A stretch of DNA of 64,000 bases, from positions 832,001 through 896,000 of the forward strand of contig OY970303.1 of NCBI GenBank assembly GCA_963716255.1, in the 5' to 3' direction. Below are positions 1-12,077 of the stretch, in pieces; the stretch's first letter is position 1; every line of letters begins with the position of its first letter. The notes beneath the pieces were generated by a model that saw only the letters and a program-made list of their open reading frames with translations, had not been told where the DNA came from and searched no databases. The translations under genes and the position numbers were made by a program. Source of the DNA: an uncultured Gemmatimonadales bacterium (GTDB lineage: Bacteria; Gemmatimonadota; Gemmatimonadetes; Longimicrobiales; Longimicrobiaceae).

Positions 1-465
1 GTCCGCGTGGTAGGTGACGTACGGGCGCGAGTAGTCCAGCCAGTAGCCGATGCGCGCCGAGAAGCGCTCCCACTCCTCGGTGTACTGGAGCACGCTCTCG
101 CGGCACACCTCGTTGAAGCGCGCGATCCCGATCTCCTCGATCTCCCGCTTGCCGCTGATCCCCAGCTTCTTTTCCGCCTCGATCTCCACCGGCAGGCCGT
201 GCGTGTCCCACCCGGCGATGCGCGGCACGTGGCGCCCCTGCATGGTGCGGAAGCGCGCGACGGCGTCCTTGATGGTGCGCGAGAAGACGTGGTGGATCCC
301 CGGGCGCCCGTTGGCGGTCGGCGGGCCCTCGTAAAAGATGAAGGGCTCGCGGTCGCGCGTCTTTTCGAGCGAGCGGCGGAAGGTGTCCTCCTCCTTCCAG
401 CGGGCGAGGATTTCTTCCTCGAGCGCGGTCGTGGAGGCCGGCAGGTCGGGATATCTCTTGCTCAC
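1..465 (-). CDS. ileS: isoleucyl-tRNA synthetase, N-terminal part (runs off window)
   Basis: Read by hand on the minus strand from GTG at 465: ...FIFYEGPPTANGRPGIHHVFSRTIKDAV...GWDTHGLPVE, a class I HIGH-like region of type-2 IleRS. Confidence 0.93.
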   Translation of the reverse strand, partial: MSKRYPDLPASTTALEEEILARWKEEDTFRRSLEKTRDREPFIFYEGPPTANGRPGIHHVFSRTIKDAVARFRTMQGRHVPRIAGWDTHGLPVEIEAEKKLGISGKREIEEIGIARFNEVCRESVLQYTEEWERFSARIGYWLDYSRPYVTYHAD

Positions 466-495
466 GTTCAGTCGAGTCTACGGATTGTGCAGGCT

Positions 496-653
496 GGGGC
501 CGCTCCGGAGCCCGGCCAAACCGCGGCCGGTCTCCTGCGCGGGCTACGGGAGCCAGCCAAACGGCCGGCTGTCTCCCTGCGCCGGGGCGAGCCTCGCACG
601 GTACAGCTGTGCGAGTCTCCCCCCGAACCGATCGATATGGGTACCACGTGAAC
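496..653 (-). repeat. family C structured intergenic repeat (three GAGAC..GGCTC hairpins)
   Basis: Reverse complement aligns with copies at 25292, 36924 and 57147. Confidence 0.85.
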
Positions 654-733
654 CGCAACGGCCCGGAACGACGAGCCCTCCCCCGGCCTCGGAGGAGGGT
701 GGCAGGCATCGGGACCGCTGGTCGCGAACCGCA

Positions 734-802
734 GTTGCAGGCTGTGACGCTGCACGCTGCGCGTGCACCGGATGAACCCTGTTCCCTATTCCCTGTTCCC
801 TA
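734..802 (-). repeat. family D module: GGGAACA heptamers, GNA-triloop hairpin and ACAGCCTGCAAC
   Basis: Same sub-motifs at about 12090-12128, 25123-25240 and 51797-51818. Confidence 0.65.
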
Positions 803-1625
803 TCCGTTCCACGATCCCCTCCACCAGCTCCGTCAGCCGGGGCTCGGCGCCCTGGGCGGCCGCGATGATCCGGGTGATGTCCACCGGCTCCAGCGCGTCC
901 GGGAGGCAGGCGTCGGTGATGATGGAGATCCCCACCACGCGCATCCCGCCGTGCACGGCCACGATCACCTCCGGCACGGTGGACATCCCCACCACGTCGG
1001 CGCCCAGGGTGCGCAGCATCCGGTACTCGGCGCGCGTCTCCAGGGCGGGCCCGGCCACGGCCACGTACACCCCGCGCCGCAGCGGGATCTTCTTTTCCGC
1101 GGCCACCCGCACCGCGATCTCCTGGAGCGCCTGGCTGTACGGCTCCGACATGTCCGGGAAGCGCGGCCCCAGCGCGTCGTCGTTGGGGCCGATCAGCGGG
1201 CTGTCGCCCAGCAGGTTGATGTGGTCCGCGATCAGCATCAGGTCGCCCGGCGCCCAGAACGGGTTCATCCCCCCGCAGGCGTTGGACACCACCAGCGTTT
1301 CCGCACCCAGGGCGCGCATCACCCGCACCGGGAAGGTCACCTGCTGGAGGGTGTACCCCTCGTAGCGGTGGAAGCGGCCCTGCATCGCCACCACCGGCTT
1401 CCCCCCGAGCGTCCCCAGCAGGAGCCGCCCGCTGTGCGACTCCACCGTGGAAAGCGGGAAGTGGGGGATCTCCTCGTAGGGGATCGCCGTTTCCACCTGG
1501 ATCCGCTCCGCCAGGGCGCCAAGCCCCGTCCCCAAGATCACCCCCACCGCCGGAGCGGCGCCGCTCCGCGCGCGGATGGCCGCGGCCGCCTCCCCGATCC
1601 GTTCCGACAGGCTCGCTTCCGACAC
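786..1625 (-). CDS. punA: purine-nucleoside phosphorylase (trimeric family)
   Basis: [38 protein letters not shown] motifs. Confidence 0.93.
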   Translation of the reverse strand: MSEASLSERIGEAAAAIRARSGAAPAVGVILGTGLGALAERIQVETAIPYEEIPHFPLSTVESHSGRLLLGTLGGKPVVAMQGRFHRYEGYTLQQVTFPVRVMRALGAETLVVSNACGGMNPFWAPGDLMLIADHINLLGDSPLIGPNDDALGPRFPDMSEPYSQALQEIAVRVAAEKKIPLRRGVYVAVAGPALETRAEYRMLRTLGADVVGMSTVPEVIVAVHGGMRVVGISIITDACLPDALEPVDITRIIAAAQGAEPRLTELVEGIVERIGNRE

Positions 1626-1627
1626 GC

Positions 1628-2191
1628 TCAGCTCTCCGTGGTGAATTCCGCTTCCTCCGGCCGCTCCGCGGCCGGGACCTCCACGGCGCCCGGCCCCAGC
1701 CGCCCGTTCTCGGCCGGCCGGGCGGGCTCCCGGAACCGCGCCTCCTCCTCGTCGATCTCGCCCAGCTGGCGCTCCACCAGCGCGCGGAAGAGGCGCAGGA
1801 AGCGGGTCCGCTGCCCCTGCACCCGGCGCAGCGCCTCCGCGGCGGTGAGCACCTGTCTCTTTGCCTCTTCCACGATGCGCTCGCCCTCGGCGCGCGACTC
1901 GCGCAGGAGGAGGTCCGCCTCGCGATGCGCCTGCCCCTTCATCTCCTCGCGCATCTGCTGCGCGGAGACCAGCGCGTCGTTGAGCGCGCGCTCCCGCTCG
2001 CGGTACTCCGCCACCGACTCGGCGAGCCCCTCCACGCGGGCGCCGAGCGTGGCGTTCTCCCGCACCAGCTCCTCCATCCGCTCCGCGACCAGGTCCAGGA
2101 ACTCGTCCACGCGGCCCGTGTCGTAGCCGCGCATCGCCTTTGCGAAGTCGCCCTTCTTCTTGCGTACGTCGAGCGGAGTCAGGTCGATCAT
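1628..2191 (-). CDS. divIVA: DivIVA domain protein
   Basis: [24 protein letters not shown]-terminus, then coiled coil; context next to yggS and ileS. Confidence 0.88.
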   Translation of the reverse strand: MIDLTPLDVRKKKGDFAKAMRGYDTGRVDEFLDLVAERMEELVRENATLGARVEGLAESVAEYRERERALNDALVSAQQMREEMKGQAHREADLLLRESRAEGERIVEEAKRQVLTAAEALRRVQGQRTRFLRLFRALVERQLGEIDEEEARFREPARPAENGRLGPGAVEVPAAERPEEAEFTTES

Positions 2192-2883
2192 GGATCGCGC
2201 TCCCCGAACAGGACCGTTCCCACGCGGACGAGGGTGCTCCCCTCTTCCACGGCGATTTCGAAGTCGTTGCTCATCCCCATGGACAGGTGCAGCGCCCGGA
2301 AGCCGGCCACCTGACGCGCCGCCTCCTCCCAGAGCCGCCGCGCGCGCCCGAAGGCGGCGCGCAGCACCGCCTCGTCGCCGGTGAAGGGCGCCATGGTCAT
2401 CAGCCCCTCCACCGCGAGCCCCGGCAGCGCGCAGATCCGCCCCACGGCGTCCAGCGCCTCCTCCGGGGCGAAGCCGCCCTTGGTCTCCTCCCCGGCGGTG
2501 TTCACCTGCACCAGCACGCGCGCCGGGGTCCCCGCCCGCACCGCCTCCTCGGACACGGTCTCCGCCAGGCGGAGCGAGTCCAGGGAGTGCAGCAGGTCGA
2601 AGAGAGGGAGCGCCCTGCGCACCTTGTTGCGCTGCAGGTGCCCGATCAGGTGCCAGCGCGCCGCGCCGCGCCCGATCTCCGCCACCTTTTCCTCCAGCTC
2701 GGGGACGCGGTTTTCCCCCACGTCCTCCACGCCGGCCTCGCGGACGGCGCGCACGGTCTCCGCGGGATGGGTCTTGGTGACGGCGACCAGCGTGACCGGG
2801 TCGCCCCTCCCCCCGCGCTCGCGGGCGCGCTCGATCCGCTCCCGCACCTCCTCCACCCGCGCCGAAAGACTGGACGGTTGCAT
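2188..2883 (-). CDS. yggS: YggS family PLP homeostasis protein
   Basis: [46 protein letters not shown]; start taken at ATG 2883. Confidence 0.95.
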   Translation of the reverse strand: MQPSSLSARVEEVRERIERARERGGRGDPVTLVAVTKTHPAETVRAVREAGVEDVGENRVPELEEKVAEIGRGAARWHLIGHLQRNKVRRALPLFDLLHSLDSLRLAETVSEEAVRAGTPARVLVQVNTAGEETKGGFAPEEALDAVGRICALPGLAVEGLMTMAPFTGDEAVLRAAFGRARRLWEEAARQVAGFRALHLSMGMSNDFEIAVEEGSTLVRVGTVLFGERDP

Positions 2884-3055
2884 GGACGGATTGTAAACCC
2901 GGCGGCGACGCGGACGCAAGCGGAACGGCAGGTTACAGGGGATAGCCTGCAAAGGCGACGGCGTCGGTTGCCCTGGGCCGGCGTGCGCCGTATCGTCCCG
3001 GGCCGTGACTCGTGGCCCATCGACGCGCGAGGCGCATCCCCTGTACTGAAGGCGC

Positions 3056-3856
3056 ATGCCCCGGATCGCCTGCCCCGTATGCGACGGCGCCGAGTTCCGC
3101 GTCTACAGCACACTGAACCGGAACCGCACGGTCGTGTGCCGCGGGTGCGGGCTCTTCTACACCAACCCGCTTCCCGAGCCGGAGGAGCTGCGCTCGCGGG
3201 TGGAAGAGTCCGACCTGTACACCGAGGACCAGCTGCGCAAGACCGACTTCTTCCGGCGGCGGGCGGAAACGCTCTTCGACCGGGTGGAGCGGCTGCGGCC
3301 GCGGGGGCGGGTGCTGGACGTGGGGTGCGCCATCGGCACGGAGCTGGTGGTGGCGCGGGAGCGGGGGTGGGAAGCGACCGGGATCGAGCTGTCGGCGAGC
3401 TCGGTGCGGGTGGCGCGGGAGCGCGGGCTGGACGTGCGCGAGACGCCGCTGGAGGAGTGCGGCTTCGCGCCGGGCGGGTTCGACCTGGTGACGCTCAACC
3501 ACGTGCTGGAGCACATCGCCGACCCGGCGCCGTTCCTCGCCGAGGTGCGCCGCATCCTGGCCGACGACGGGCTCCTCTTCGTCGCCGTGCCCAACGTGCG
3601 GGCGTGGATCCGCTACCTGCGCGGCGAGCGCTACGCCTGGACCTTCCAGGACGACCACTTCCTGCACTTCTCCACGTCCACGCTCCCCCGCCTCCTCGCC
3701 CGCCACGGCTTTCGCGTGCTGGACGTGGAAACCTCCCGCTGGCGCGACTTCCACCAGGAGCCGCGCAGCAGGCCCCTGCCCTTCCGCGCCGTCAACCGCA
3801 CGGTGGAGCTGCTGGGGATGGGAGTGGAGATCTTTTGCCTGGCGCGGGCGGCGTAG
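3056..3856 (+). CDS. class I SAM-dependent methyltransferase with N-terminal CxxC..CxxC
   Basis: VLDVGCAIG motif I, FDLVTLNHVLEHI; CPVC/CRGC zinc ribbon. Confidence 0.85.
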   Translation: MPRIACPVCDGAEFRVYSTLNRNRTVVCRGCGLFYTNPLPEPEELRSRVEESDLYTEDQLRKTDFFRRRAETLFDRVERLRPRGRVLDVGCAIGTELVVARERGWEATGIELSASSVRVARERGLDVRETPLEECGFAPGGFDLVTLNHVLEHIADPAPFLAEVRRILADDGLLFVAVPNVRAWIRYLRGERYAWTFQDDHFLHFSTSTLPRLLARHGFRVLDVETSRWRDFHQEPRSRPLPFRAVNRTVELLGMGVEIFCLARAA

Positions 3857-3967
3857 GGCGGACCCCCTCCCCCGGCCCCTCCCCGCAAGGGAAGAGGGGG
3901 AGCACGACACGGCAAAGGCGGGGATCGTCAGCATGTAGATTCCCCTCCCCCGGAACGGGGGATATAG

Positions 3968-5353
3968 CAGGTTGCTGAAAAGCTTGTGCGCACGCGCGTG
4001 CGCGCGAGGGTGTGGCGTCGTAGATTGGGGAAAACCTGTCCTCACACTCTCGGGGAGCAGCCACGATGCGCGGACGAGTCAGCCAGCAGCACGCGATGTG
4101 GATGTTCTACGATCCGGAGAGCCTGCTCTCGCCTACGCATCCGCTGCGGGCGGTCAAGGCGCGAGCCGATGCGGTGCTGGCCGGGATGAGTCCGGAGTTC
4201 GACCGCGCCTACGCGGCTCTGGGACGGGCGAGTATCCCGCCGGAGATGCTGCTGAAGGCGCTGCTGCTTCAGGCGCTGCACTCGATCCGTTCGGAGCGGA
4301 TGCTGGTGGAGCAGATCGGAGTGAACTTGGCTTACCGGTGGTTCCTGGACCTGGAGCCGCATGCGGGGGTGTGGGATGCGACCACGTTCACGCAGAACCG
4401 GGATCGGTTCGAGAAGCACGGGCTGGTGCGCACCTTCTTCGAGCGGATCATCGAGGGGGCGTACCTGGAGGAACTGGCGAGCCAGGAGCACTTCTCGATC
4501 GATGGCAGCCTGATCGAGAGCTATGCCTCGATGAAGAGCCTGCGCAAGATCGGCAGCCCGGACGAGAAGGTCAGCGACGGCTCGAAGGACGGCGACACGA
4601 GCAATCCCTCGGTGAACTTCCGCAAAGAGAAGCGGACCAACGCGACGCACCGCTCGCTCACGGACCCCGAGGCGCGCCTGGCGACCAAGAGCAAGGGAGT
4701 GCCGGCGCGGCTGTGCCATCTGCTGAACGCGCTGATGGAGAACCGGCACGGGCTGCTCATCGACGTCAGCGTGGTGGAGGCCGACGGGACGGGCGAGCGC
4801 GACCAGGCACTCCTGCTGCTGGAGCGCAGCCGGATTCGGCACGACTTGCCGGTGGAGCGCACGGTGGGGCTGGATGGGGGCTATCCCAGTGGCCCGTTCC
4901 TCCAGGCAGCCTATCAGGACGGTGTGAGCGCGCACGTGCCGATCCCGGAGGGGCCGATCGACCCGGACGCCAAGGGAGCCGAAGCGCGCAGCCGAGCCCG
5001 AGAGCGGATGGGTACGCCGGAGTACGCCCTCTCGCAACGCAAGCGTAAGCGGATCGAGGAGATCTTCGGCTGGGCAAAGGAGATCGGCGGGATGCGTCGG
5101 AGCCGCCACGTGGATCGCTGGAAGCTGACGCAGAAGGCGCTGATCGTGGGCGCCGCGTACAACCTCCTGCGCCTGGCACGCCTCGCGCCGGGTTTGCAGG
5201 CCCTCGCCTGAGGCACAGTGCGTCCGTGCACGCCGAAAATGGCTGCACGGGCGGGAAACCGGGCACCCCATACGCCGGAAAAGCCCCGTTTCGCTGATTC
5301 TGGAGTGGAAGTTTTCCACGTCACACTCCAGGCTGCCGTTTTTCAGCGACCTG
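3968..5353 (+). mobile_element. IS5-family insertion sequence, apparently intact
   Basis: Terminal inverted repeats CAGGTTGCTGAAAA (3968-3981) and TTTTCAGCGACCTG (5340-5353); 4-bp direct repeat ATAG at 3964-3967 and 5354-5357. Confidence 0.92.
4066..5211 (+). CDS. IS5-family DDE transposase
   Basis: HPLR, GRASIPPEMLLKALLLQAL.SIRSER.L.EQ, SIDGSLIE, DGGY, RKRIEEIFGWAK. Confidence 0.93.
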   Translation: MRGRVSQQHAMWMFYDPESLLSPTHPLRAVKARADAVLAGMSPEFDRAYAALGRASIPPEMLLKALLLQALHSIRSERMLVEQIGVNLAYRWFLDLEPHAGVWDATTFTQNRDRFEKHGLVRTFFERIIEGAYLEELASQEHFSIDGSLIESYASMKSLRKIGSPDEKVSDGSKDGDTSNPSVNFRKEKRTNATHRSLTDPEARLATKSKGVPARLCHLLNALMENRHGLLIDVSVVEADGTGERDQALLLLERSRIRHDLPVERTVGLDGGYPSGPFLQAAYQDGVSAHVPIPEGPIDPDAKGAEARSRARERMGTPEYALSQRKRKRIEEIFGWAKEIGGMRRSRHVDRWKLTQKALIVGAAYNLLRLARLAPGLQALA

Positions 5354-5422
5354 ATAGGGGGAAAGCCGTGCGAGCCTCAAGCGAGCCGGGTGGGGGCCCC
5401 CGCGGACGCCAGCGCGAGCCCC

Positions 5423-5556
5423 GCATGAGGGATGTCGGCCCGAAGGGGCGAGACCGCGCGGCTGTTTGCGTGGGCTCGACTCCGTTGCAGACGGTCGTTT
5501 CGTCTGCTACGGAGCCGCAGCCCGACCCCGGCGCCAGCCGGGGGCATGCCCGAACC
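5423..5556 (+). repeat. family A structured repeat, copy 1 (~134 bp)
   Basis: GAGGGAT..CCCGAAGGGGCGAGAC..CTCCGT..ACGGAG..GCCCGACCCCGGCGCCAGCCGGGGGCA.GCCC; six copies in window. Confidence 0.92.
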
Positions 5557-5575
5557 TGCCGCCGAAAGCAGTACC

Positions 5576-6352
5576 TTAAACCGTCACCGTCCGGCTGTTG
5601 GACGCGATGACCTCCACCAGCTGGTCGTGCGTCAACCCCCGCTGGAGCTGCCCGCGAAAGGCCAGCGACACCGTGCTCGTTTCCTCCGACACCACCAGCA
5701 CAAGCGCGTCCGTCTCCTCGGAAAGACCCAGAGCCGCCCGGTGGCGCGTCCCCAGGCTCTTGTCCGCGATGGGGAACTGCGTCAGCGGCAGGATGGCGCC
5801 CGCCGCGACGATGGTGTCCCCGCGGATGACGACGGCGCCGTCGTGCAGCGGCGAGTACGGCGTGAAGATGGTGGTCAGCAGCGGCGCGGAGACGCGGGCC
5901 TGCATCGGCGTCCCCGTTTCCAGGTACTCGCCGAGCCCCACCTCGCGCTCGATGGCGATGATCGCGCCGGTCTTGGCGCGCGACAGCTCGTCCACCGCCT
6001 GCGCGATCTCCTCCGCCACCTCGCTCTGCTCCAGGCGCGTGAACAGCCGCGTCAGCCGGCTCTGCCCCAGCTGGGCGAGCGCGCTGCGCAGCTCGGGCTG
6101 GAACACCACCAGCGCGGCGATGGCGCCGTACTGGAACAGGTATTCCAGCAGCTCCTGGAGGAGGCGCAGGTTGAGGACGCGGGATACGAAGTAGATGCCC
6201 ACCAGCGACACCAGCCCGAAGAGCATCTGGATGGCGCGGGTCCCCGCCAGCACCAGCAGGATCCGGTAGAAGACCACGGCGACGATCGCGATCTCCAGCA
6301 GGTCCTTCCAGTCCGGGGCCAGGAAGCCCACCCGCTCCAGGAACCCGTTCAC
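5576..6352 (-). CDS. cdaA: diadenylate cyclase (membrane-bound CdaA/DacA)
   Basis: Three TM segments, FQPELR, SPLHDGAV, GTRHRAA; GTG start overlaps folP stop. Confidence 0.93.
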   Translation of the reverse strand: MNGFLERVGFLAPDWKDLLEIAIVAVVFYRILLVLAGTRAIQMLFGLVSLVGIYFVSRVLNLRLLQELLEYLFQYGAIAALVVFQPELRSALAQLGQSRLTRLFTRLEQSEVAEEIAQAVDELSRAKTGAIIAIEREVGLGEYLETGTPMQARVSAPLLTTIFTPYSPLHDGAVVIRGDTIVAAGAILPLTQFPIADKSLGTRHRAALGLSEETDALVLVVSEETSTVSLAFRGQLQRGLTHDQLVEVIASNSRTVTV

Positions 6353-7224
6353 GGGGCCGCCCTGGGAAGGGGGGCCGCGCGCCGCAGCGCCTCGGCCACG
6401 TCCAGCGCCTGGCGCACGACCCGCACGTCGTGCACGCGGAAGATGCGCGCGCCGTGCAGCAGCCCCACCACGCACGCCGCCGCGGTGCCGGCGTCGCGCC
6501 GCTCGGCGGGGACGCCGCCCAGGATCCTTCCGATGAAGGACTTGCGGGAGGGGCCCAGGAGCAGGGGGCGATCCAGGCGGGCCAGCTCGCCCAGGCGGGC
6601 GATGAGCTCCAGGTTGTGCTCGGCCGTCTTCGCGAAGCCGATGCCGGGGTCCAGGACCACGCGCGCGTCCGCGATGCCGGCGGCGCGGGCGCGCTCCAGC
6701 GCGGCGGCAAGCTCGTCCGCCACCTCGCGGACGACGTCCGCGTAGCGCGGGTCGCGCTGCATGGTCTCGGGCGTCCCCCGCATGTGCATGAGCACCACCC
6801 CGGCCTCCGCCTCCGCCACCACGCCTCCCATCGCGGGGTCCGCCAGCGCCGACACGTCGTTCACGATCTCCGCTCCCTCGGCCAGCGCCGCGCGGGCCAC
6901 CTCCGCCCGCCGCGTGTCCACCGACACGGGGACGTCGAGACGGTCCTTGAGCAGGCGGAGCGTCGGCAGGATGCGGGCCGCCTCGTCGCGCGGGGAGACC
7001 GCGGCGGCGCCGGGGCGGGTGGATTCGCCGCCCAGGTCCAGCAGGTCCGCGCCCTCGGCGACCATCTCCTCCGCGCGGGCGAGGGCACGCTCCGGGGCGT
7101 CGTACAGGCCGCCGTCGCTGAACGAATCGGGGGTGGCGTTGAGGACCCCCATGACCAGCGGCCGCTCCAGGGAAACGGAGCGGCCGCGGATGGCCCAGGA
7201 GCCGAGGGGGGGCGCGGCGTTCAA
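6349..7224 (-). CDS. folP: dihydropteroate synthase
   Basis: MGVLNATPDSFSDGG, GGESTRPG, DPGIGFAK, SRKSF, RVHDV; start uncertain. Confidence 0.93.
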   Translation of the reverse strand: MNAAPPLGSWAIRGRSVSLERPLVMGVLNATPDSFSDGGLYDAPERALARAEEMVAEGADLLDLGGESTRPGAAAVSPRDEAARILPTLRLLKDRLDVPVSVDTRRAEVARAALAEGAEIVNDVSALADPAMGGVVAEAEAGVVLMHMRGTPETMQRDPRYADVVREVADELAAALERARAAGIADARVVLDPGIGFAKTAEHNLELIARLGELARLDRPLLLGPSRKSFIGRILGGVPAERRDAGTAAACVVGLLHGARIFRVHDVRVVRQALDVAEALRRAAPLPRAAP

Positions 7225-7246
7225 CCGCCCGTCCGTGGACGCCCCG

Positions 7247-9283
<2,037 letters not shown>

Positions 9284-9341
9284 GGTTTACGTCCCTCGCG
9301 ACTGCAGCGGCGGCGGGCGCGCGGAGGGCGCGCCCTGCGGC

Positions 9342-9905
9342 TCAGGTGTGCTTCAGGCTCCCGATGAAGGGGAGGTTCCGGAAGTTCTCGGAATGGTCCA
9401 GGCCGTAGCCGATGAGGAACTCGTGGGGGGCGTCGAAGCCGACCCAGCGGGGCTCCAGGACCAGGTTGCGTGCGATGTGCTTGTGAAGGAGCGCGCACAT
9501 CTCCAGCGAGCGCGGCTTGCGCTCCCTCAGGAGGGGGACCAGCCGGTTGATGGTGGTCCCGCTGTCGACGATGTCCTCCACGATGATGACGTGGCGGTTG
9601 GCGAACTCCGCGTCGGGGTCGTACAGCAGCTTGACCTCGCCCGACGAGGTGGTGCCGCTCCCGTAGCTGGAGGCCACCAGGAAGTCGACCTGCACCGGGC
9701 GCGTGATGTCCCGCACCAGGTCGCTCATGAAGATGAAGGAGCCCTTGAGGAGCCCCAGCACCAGCAGCTCTTCGTCGGGAGGGAAGTACCGGGTGATCTC
9801 CTCGCCCATCTCCCGGACCCGGACGGCGATCTCTTCCGGAGTGTAGACGATCCGCTCCAGCTCGCGTCCGCCCGTACGGGCGAGAATCAGCTCGGCTTCA
9901 GTCAT
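9342..9905 (-). CDS. hpt: hypoxanthine phosphoribosyltransferase
   Basis: LLKGSFIFMSDL, VIIVEDIVDSGTT, IGYGLD..RNLPFI; tilS-hpt-ftsH order. Confidence 0.95.
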   Translation of the reverse strand: MTEAELILARTGGRELERIVYTPEEIAVRVREMGEEITRYFPPDEELLVLGLLKGSFIFMSDLVRDITRPVQVDFLVASSYGSGTTSSGEVKLLYDPDAEFANRHVIIVEDIVDSGTTINRLVPLLRERKPRSLEMCALLHKHIARNLVLEPRWVGFDAPHEFLIGYGLDHSENFRNLPFIGSLKHT

Positions 9906-11286
9906 CGATGATCGAAAGGAAGATTGCCGTCCCGCCCGGGAGGGGCGGCGGCCCGTGGGCACGCTCGACGCCCACCACCCAGAGCACCCGCCCCGCGGCG
10001 TCCGCCACCACGGCGGTCCGGGCGCGCGACGAGCGGGGTACACGCCGCTCCACGAAGAGCTTCTTGAGCGTCTTGGTGCCGCGCGGGGTGCGGATCCGGT
10101 CGCCCGGGCGCCACCCCCGCACGACGAGGGGGAGCTGCGCCGGGGAGAACGCCGCGGAGCGCTCCCCGCCGGAGGAGGCGCGGGGATCCGGCGGACCCAC
10201 CGTCCACTCCACGCGGAAGCTCCGCCCCCCGACGACGGCCCCGCCCACCCCGCTCCCCGGCTCCGCCGGGACGGTGAGGGGGCGGTCCCCGCCCGCATCG
10301 GCGCCGGCCCGCTCCACCCGCACCTCGCCGAACTCGGCCGCCATGCGGAGGCCCCCGCGGACCGGGATCACCCGTCCACTGGGGGCGCCGGTAATAAACT
10401 GAAGCGCCAACCGGGTTCCCGTCCTGTCGAGGACGACCCCGAACTGGCGCAAGAGCTTTCGCAGGAGCCGGGTGGCTGTCGCGGAATCATAAGCCCGGAA
10501 AGGAGCCCTGGCAAGCACGAGCGCCTCCCCTTCGCGGCGCGCCGCCTCGCGCCCGGCGGTCTCCAGGCGCGCGTCCCACGCCCGCTCGTCGGCGCGCGCC
10601 AGCTCCGCCAGGCGCACCAGGTTGCGCCGCGCGCCCGGCGCCACCGCGCGCTCCGCCAGCGGGAGGAGCCGGTGGCGGATGCGGTTGCGGACGGGGTCGC
10701 CGCCGCGGTTGCTGGGATCCTCGCGCCAGCGCAGCCCGGCCTCGCGGGCGTACGCGCGGATCTCGCGCCGCCAGAAGGGGAGGAGCGGGCGCACCAGGAC
10801 GCCGGAGCGGGGCGCGATCCCGGCCAGCCCGGAGGTGCCGGTGCCGCGCAGCACGCGGAAGAGCACCGTCTCCGCCTGGTCGTCGGCGTGGTGGGCGGTG
10901 GCGACCAGCTCCGCCCCGGCCTCGGCGGCGGCGCGGCGCAAAAAGGCGTAGCGCGCGGCGCGGGCCTCCGCCTCGGAGCGGGGGGCGCGCTCCAGCCGCG
11001 CGGAGGCCAGCGGCACGCCCCAGGCGGCGCAGAGCCCGGCCACCCAGCGGGCGTCGGCGCCGCTCCCGGGGCGCATGGCGTGGTCCAGGTGCGCGGCGCT
11101 CAGCTCGACCTCCAGCTCCCCCGCGCAGCCGCGCAGCAGGTGCAGGAGCACCACGGAGTCACAGCCGCCGGAGAGGGCCACCAGCAGCCGGTCGCCCCGC
11201 CCGATCCCCAGCGCTTCCAGCTCCGCGCGGAAGCGCTCCCGCAGCGGGGCCCCGCCCGCACCCTCGCCCGCGCGTCGTCTCGCCAT
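9898..11286 (-). CDS. tilS: tRNA(Ile)-lysidine synthetase
   Basis: VALSGGCDS PP-loop, TAHHADDQAET, RPLL, DPSN, RNRIR. Confidence 0.93.
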   Translation of the reverse strand: MARRRAGEGAGGAPLRERFRAELEALGIGRGDRLLVALSGGCDSVVLLHLLRGCAGELEVELSAAHLDHAMRPGSGADARWVAGLCAAWGVPLASARLERAPRSEAEARAARYAFLRRAAAEAGAELVATAHHADDQAETVLFRVLRGTGTSGLAGIAPRSGVLVRPLLPFWRREIRAYAREAGLRWREDPSNRGGDPVRNRIRHRLLPLAERAVAPGARRNLVRLAELARADERAWDARLETAGREAARREGEALVLARAPFRAYDSATATRLLRKLLRQFGVVLDRTGTRLALQFITGAPSGRVIPVRGGLRMAAEFGEVRVERAGADAGGDRPLTVPAEPGSGVGGAVVGGRSFRVEWTVGPPDPRASSGGERSAAFSPAQLPLVVRGWRPGDRIRTPRGTKTLKKLFVERRVPRSSRARTAVVADAAGRVLWVVGVERAHGPPPLPGGTAIFLSIIDD

Positions 11287-11299
11287 CCCCTGCAAATGG

Positions 11300-11338
11300 C
11301 GAAGCCCGCCGCCCCCGTCAAGGGGGCGGCGGGCTTCG
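11300..11338 (-). terminator. strong hairpin downstream of the BON gene
   Basis: CGAAGCCCGCCGCCCCC/GGGGGCGGCGGGCTTCG inverted repeat. Confidence 0.55.
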
Positions 11339-11357
11339 TCCGCGCGCGGCGGCCGGC

Positions 11358-11888
11358 TCAGGACCCGCCGGACTGCGTCCGCGCGGCCCCGGCGGACCGC
11401 GCCGGGCCGGCTCCCTCCCCGCCCTGGCGGAGAGTCAGCTCAGAGCGCACTCCCCGCACCCCGTCCACGTCCCAGGCGTCGTCGGTGGCGTAGCGCACCT
11501 CGTCGAAGTCCGGCAGCTCCCCGGCCAGGGTGACGATCCCCTCCTTCACCTCCACGGTGATGGCGTCCGCGTCCACCCAGGTGTCGTAGAAGAGGGCTTC
11601 CTCCACCTCCTCCTTGAGCTCCTCGTCCGAGCGGCGCTGCCGGCGGAGCCGCTCGTGGTACGGCCCCAGCCCGTAGCGGGCCGGCCCGTACACGGTGGCC
11701 GGATCCCAGAACTCCTCGTGCTCCGCCATCCCCATCCCCTCCGCGGCCGCGTCGGCCCAGGTCCCGCCGCGCCCGTAGCCGGCATCGTAGCGCGGGGCGA
11801 ACCCGCCGCCCGGTCCGGGGCGGCGGAACGGGAGGTCGTACCGCGGGCCCGAGGGAAAGCCACCCCAACCGCCGTCGTAGCGCGCCAT
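11358..11888 (-). CDS. BON domain protein with Gly/Arg/Tyr-rich N-terminus
   Basis: RSDEELKEEVEEAL..DA..I.VEV.EG.VTL.G...V.GV.GV is a BON signature. Confidence 0.8.
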   Translation of the reverse strand: MARYDGGWGGFPSGPRYDLPFRRPGPGGGFAPRYDAGYGRGGTWADAAAEGMGMAEHEEFWDPATVYGPARYGLGPYHERLRRQRRSDEELKEEVEEALFYDTWVDADAITVEVKEGIVTLAGELPDFDEVRYATDDAWDVDGVRGVRSELTLRQGGEGAGPARSAGAARTQSGGS

Positions 11889-12077
11889 CGTCGTTCCTCC
11901 GGGAGCCGTCGAAAGGGAAAGCAGGCCCCGCGCCGGGAGTCCGGCGGGCCGTACGAGCCGGGACACCCGGCCGCAACAAGCATTCCATCGAGGGAACAGG
12001 GAATCCGCCCCAACGGCCCACACCACCGCCCAAGGGAACAGGGAACAGCCCCCAACGGCAACAACCCCACAGAGCAG

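Noticed and set aside
466..785. T-box or other riboswitch upstream of ileS
   Set aside because: The region is occupied by family C and D repeats; no T-box consensus recognised
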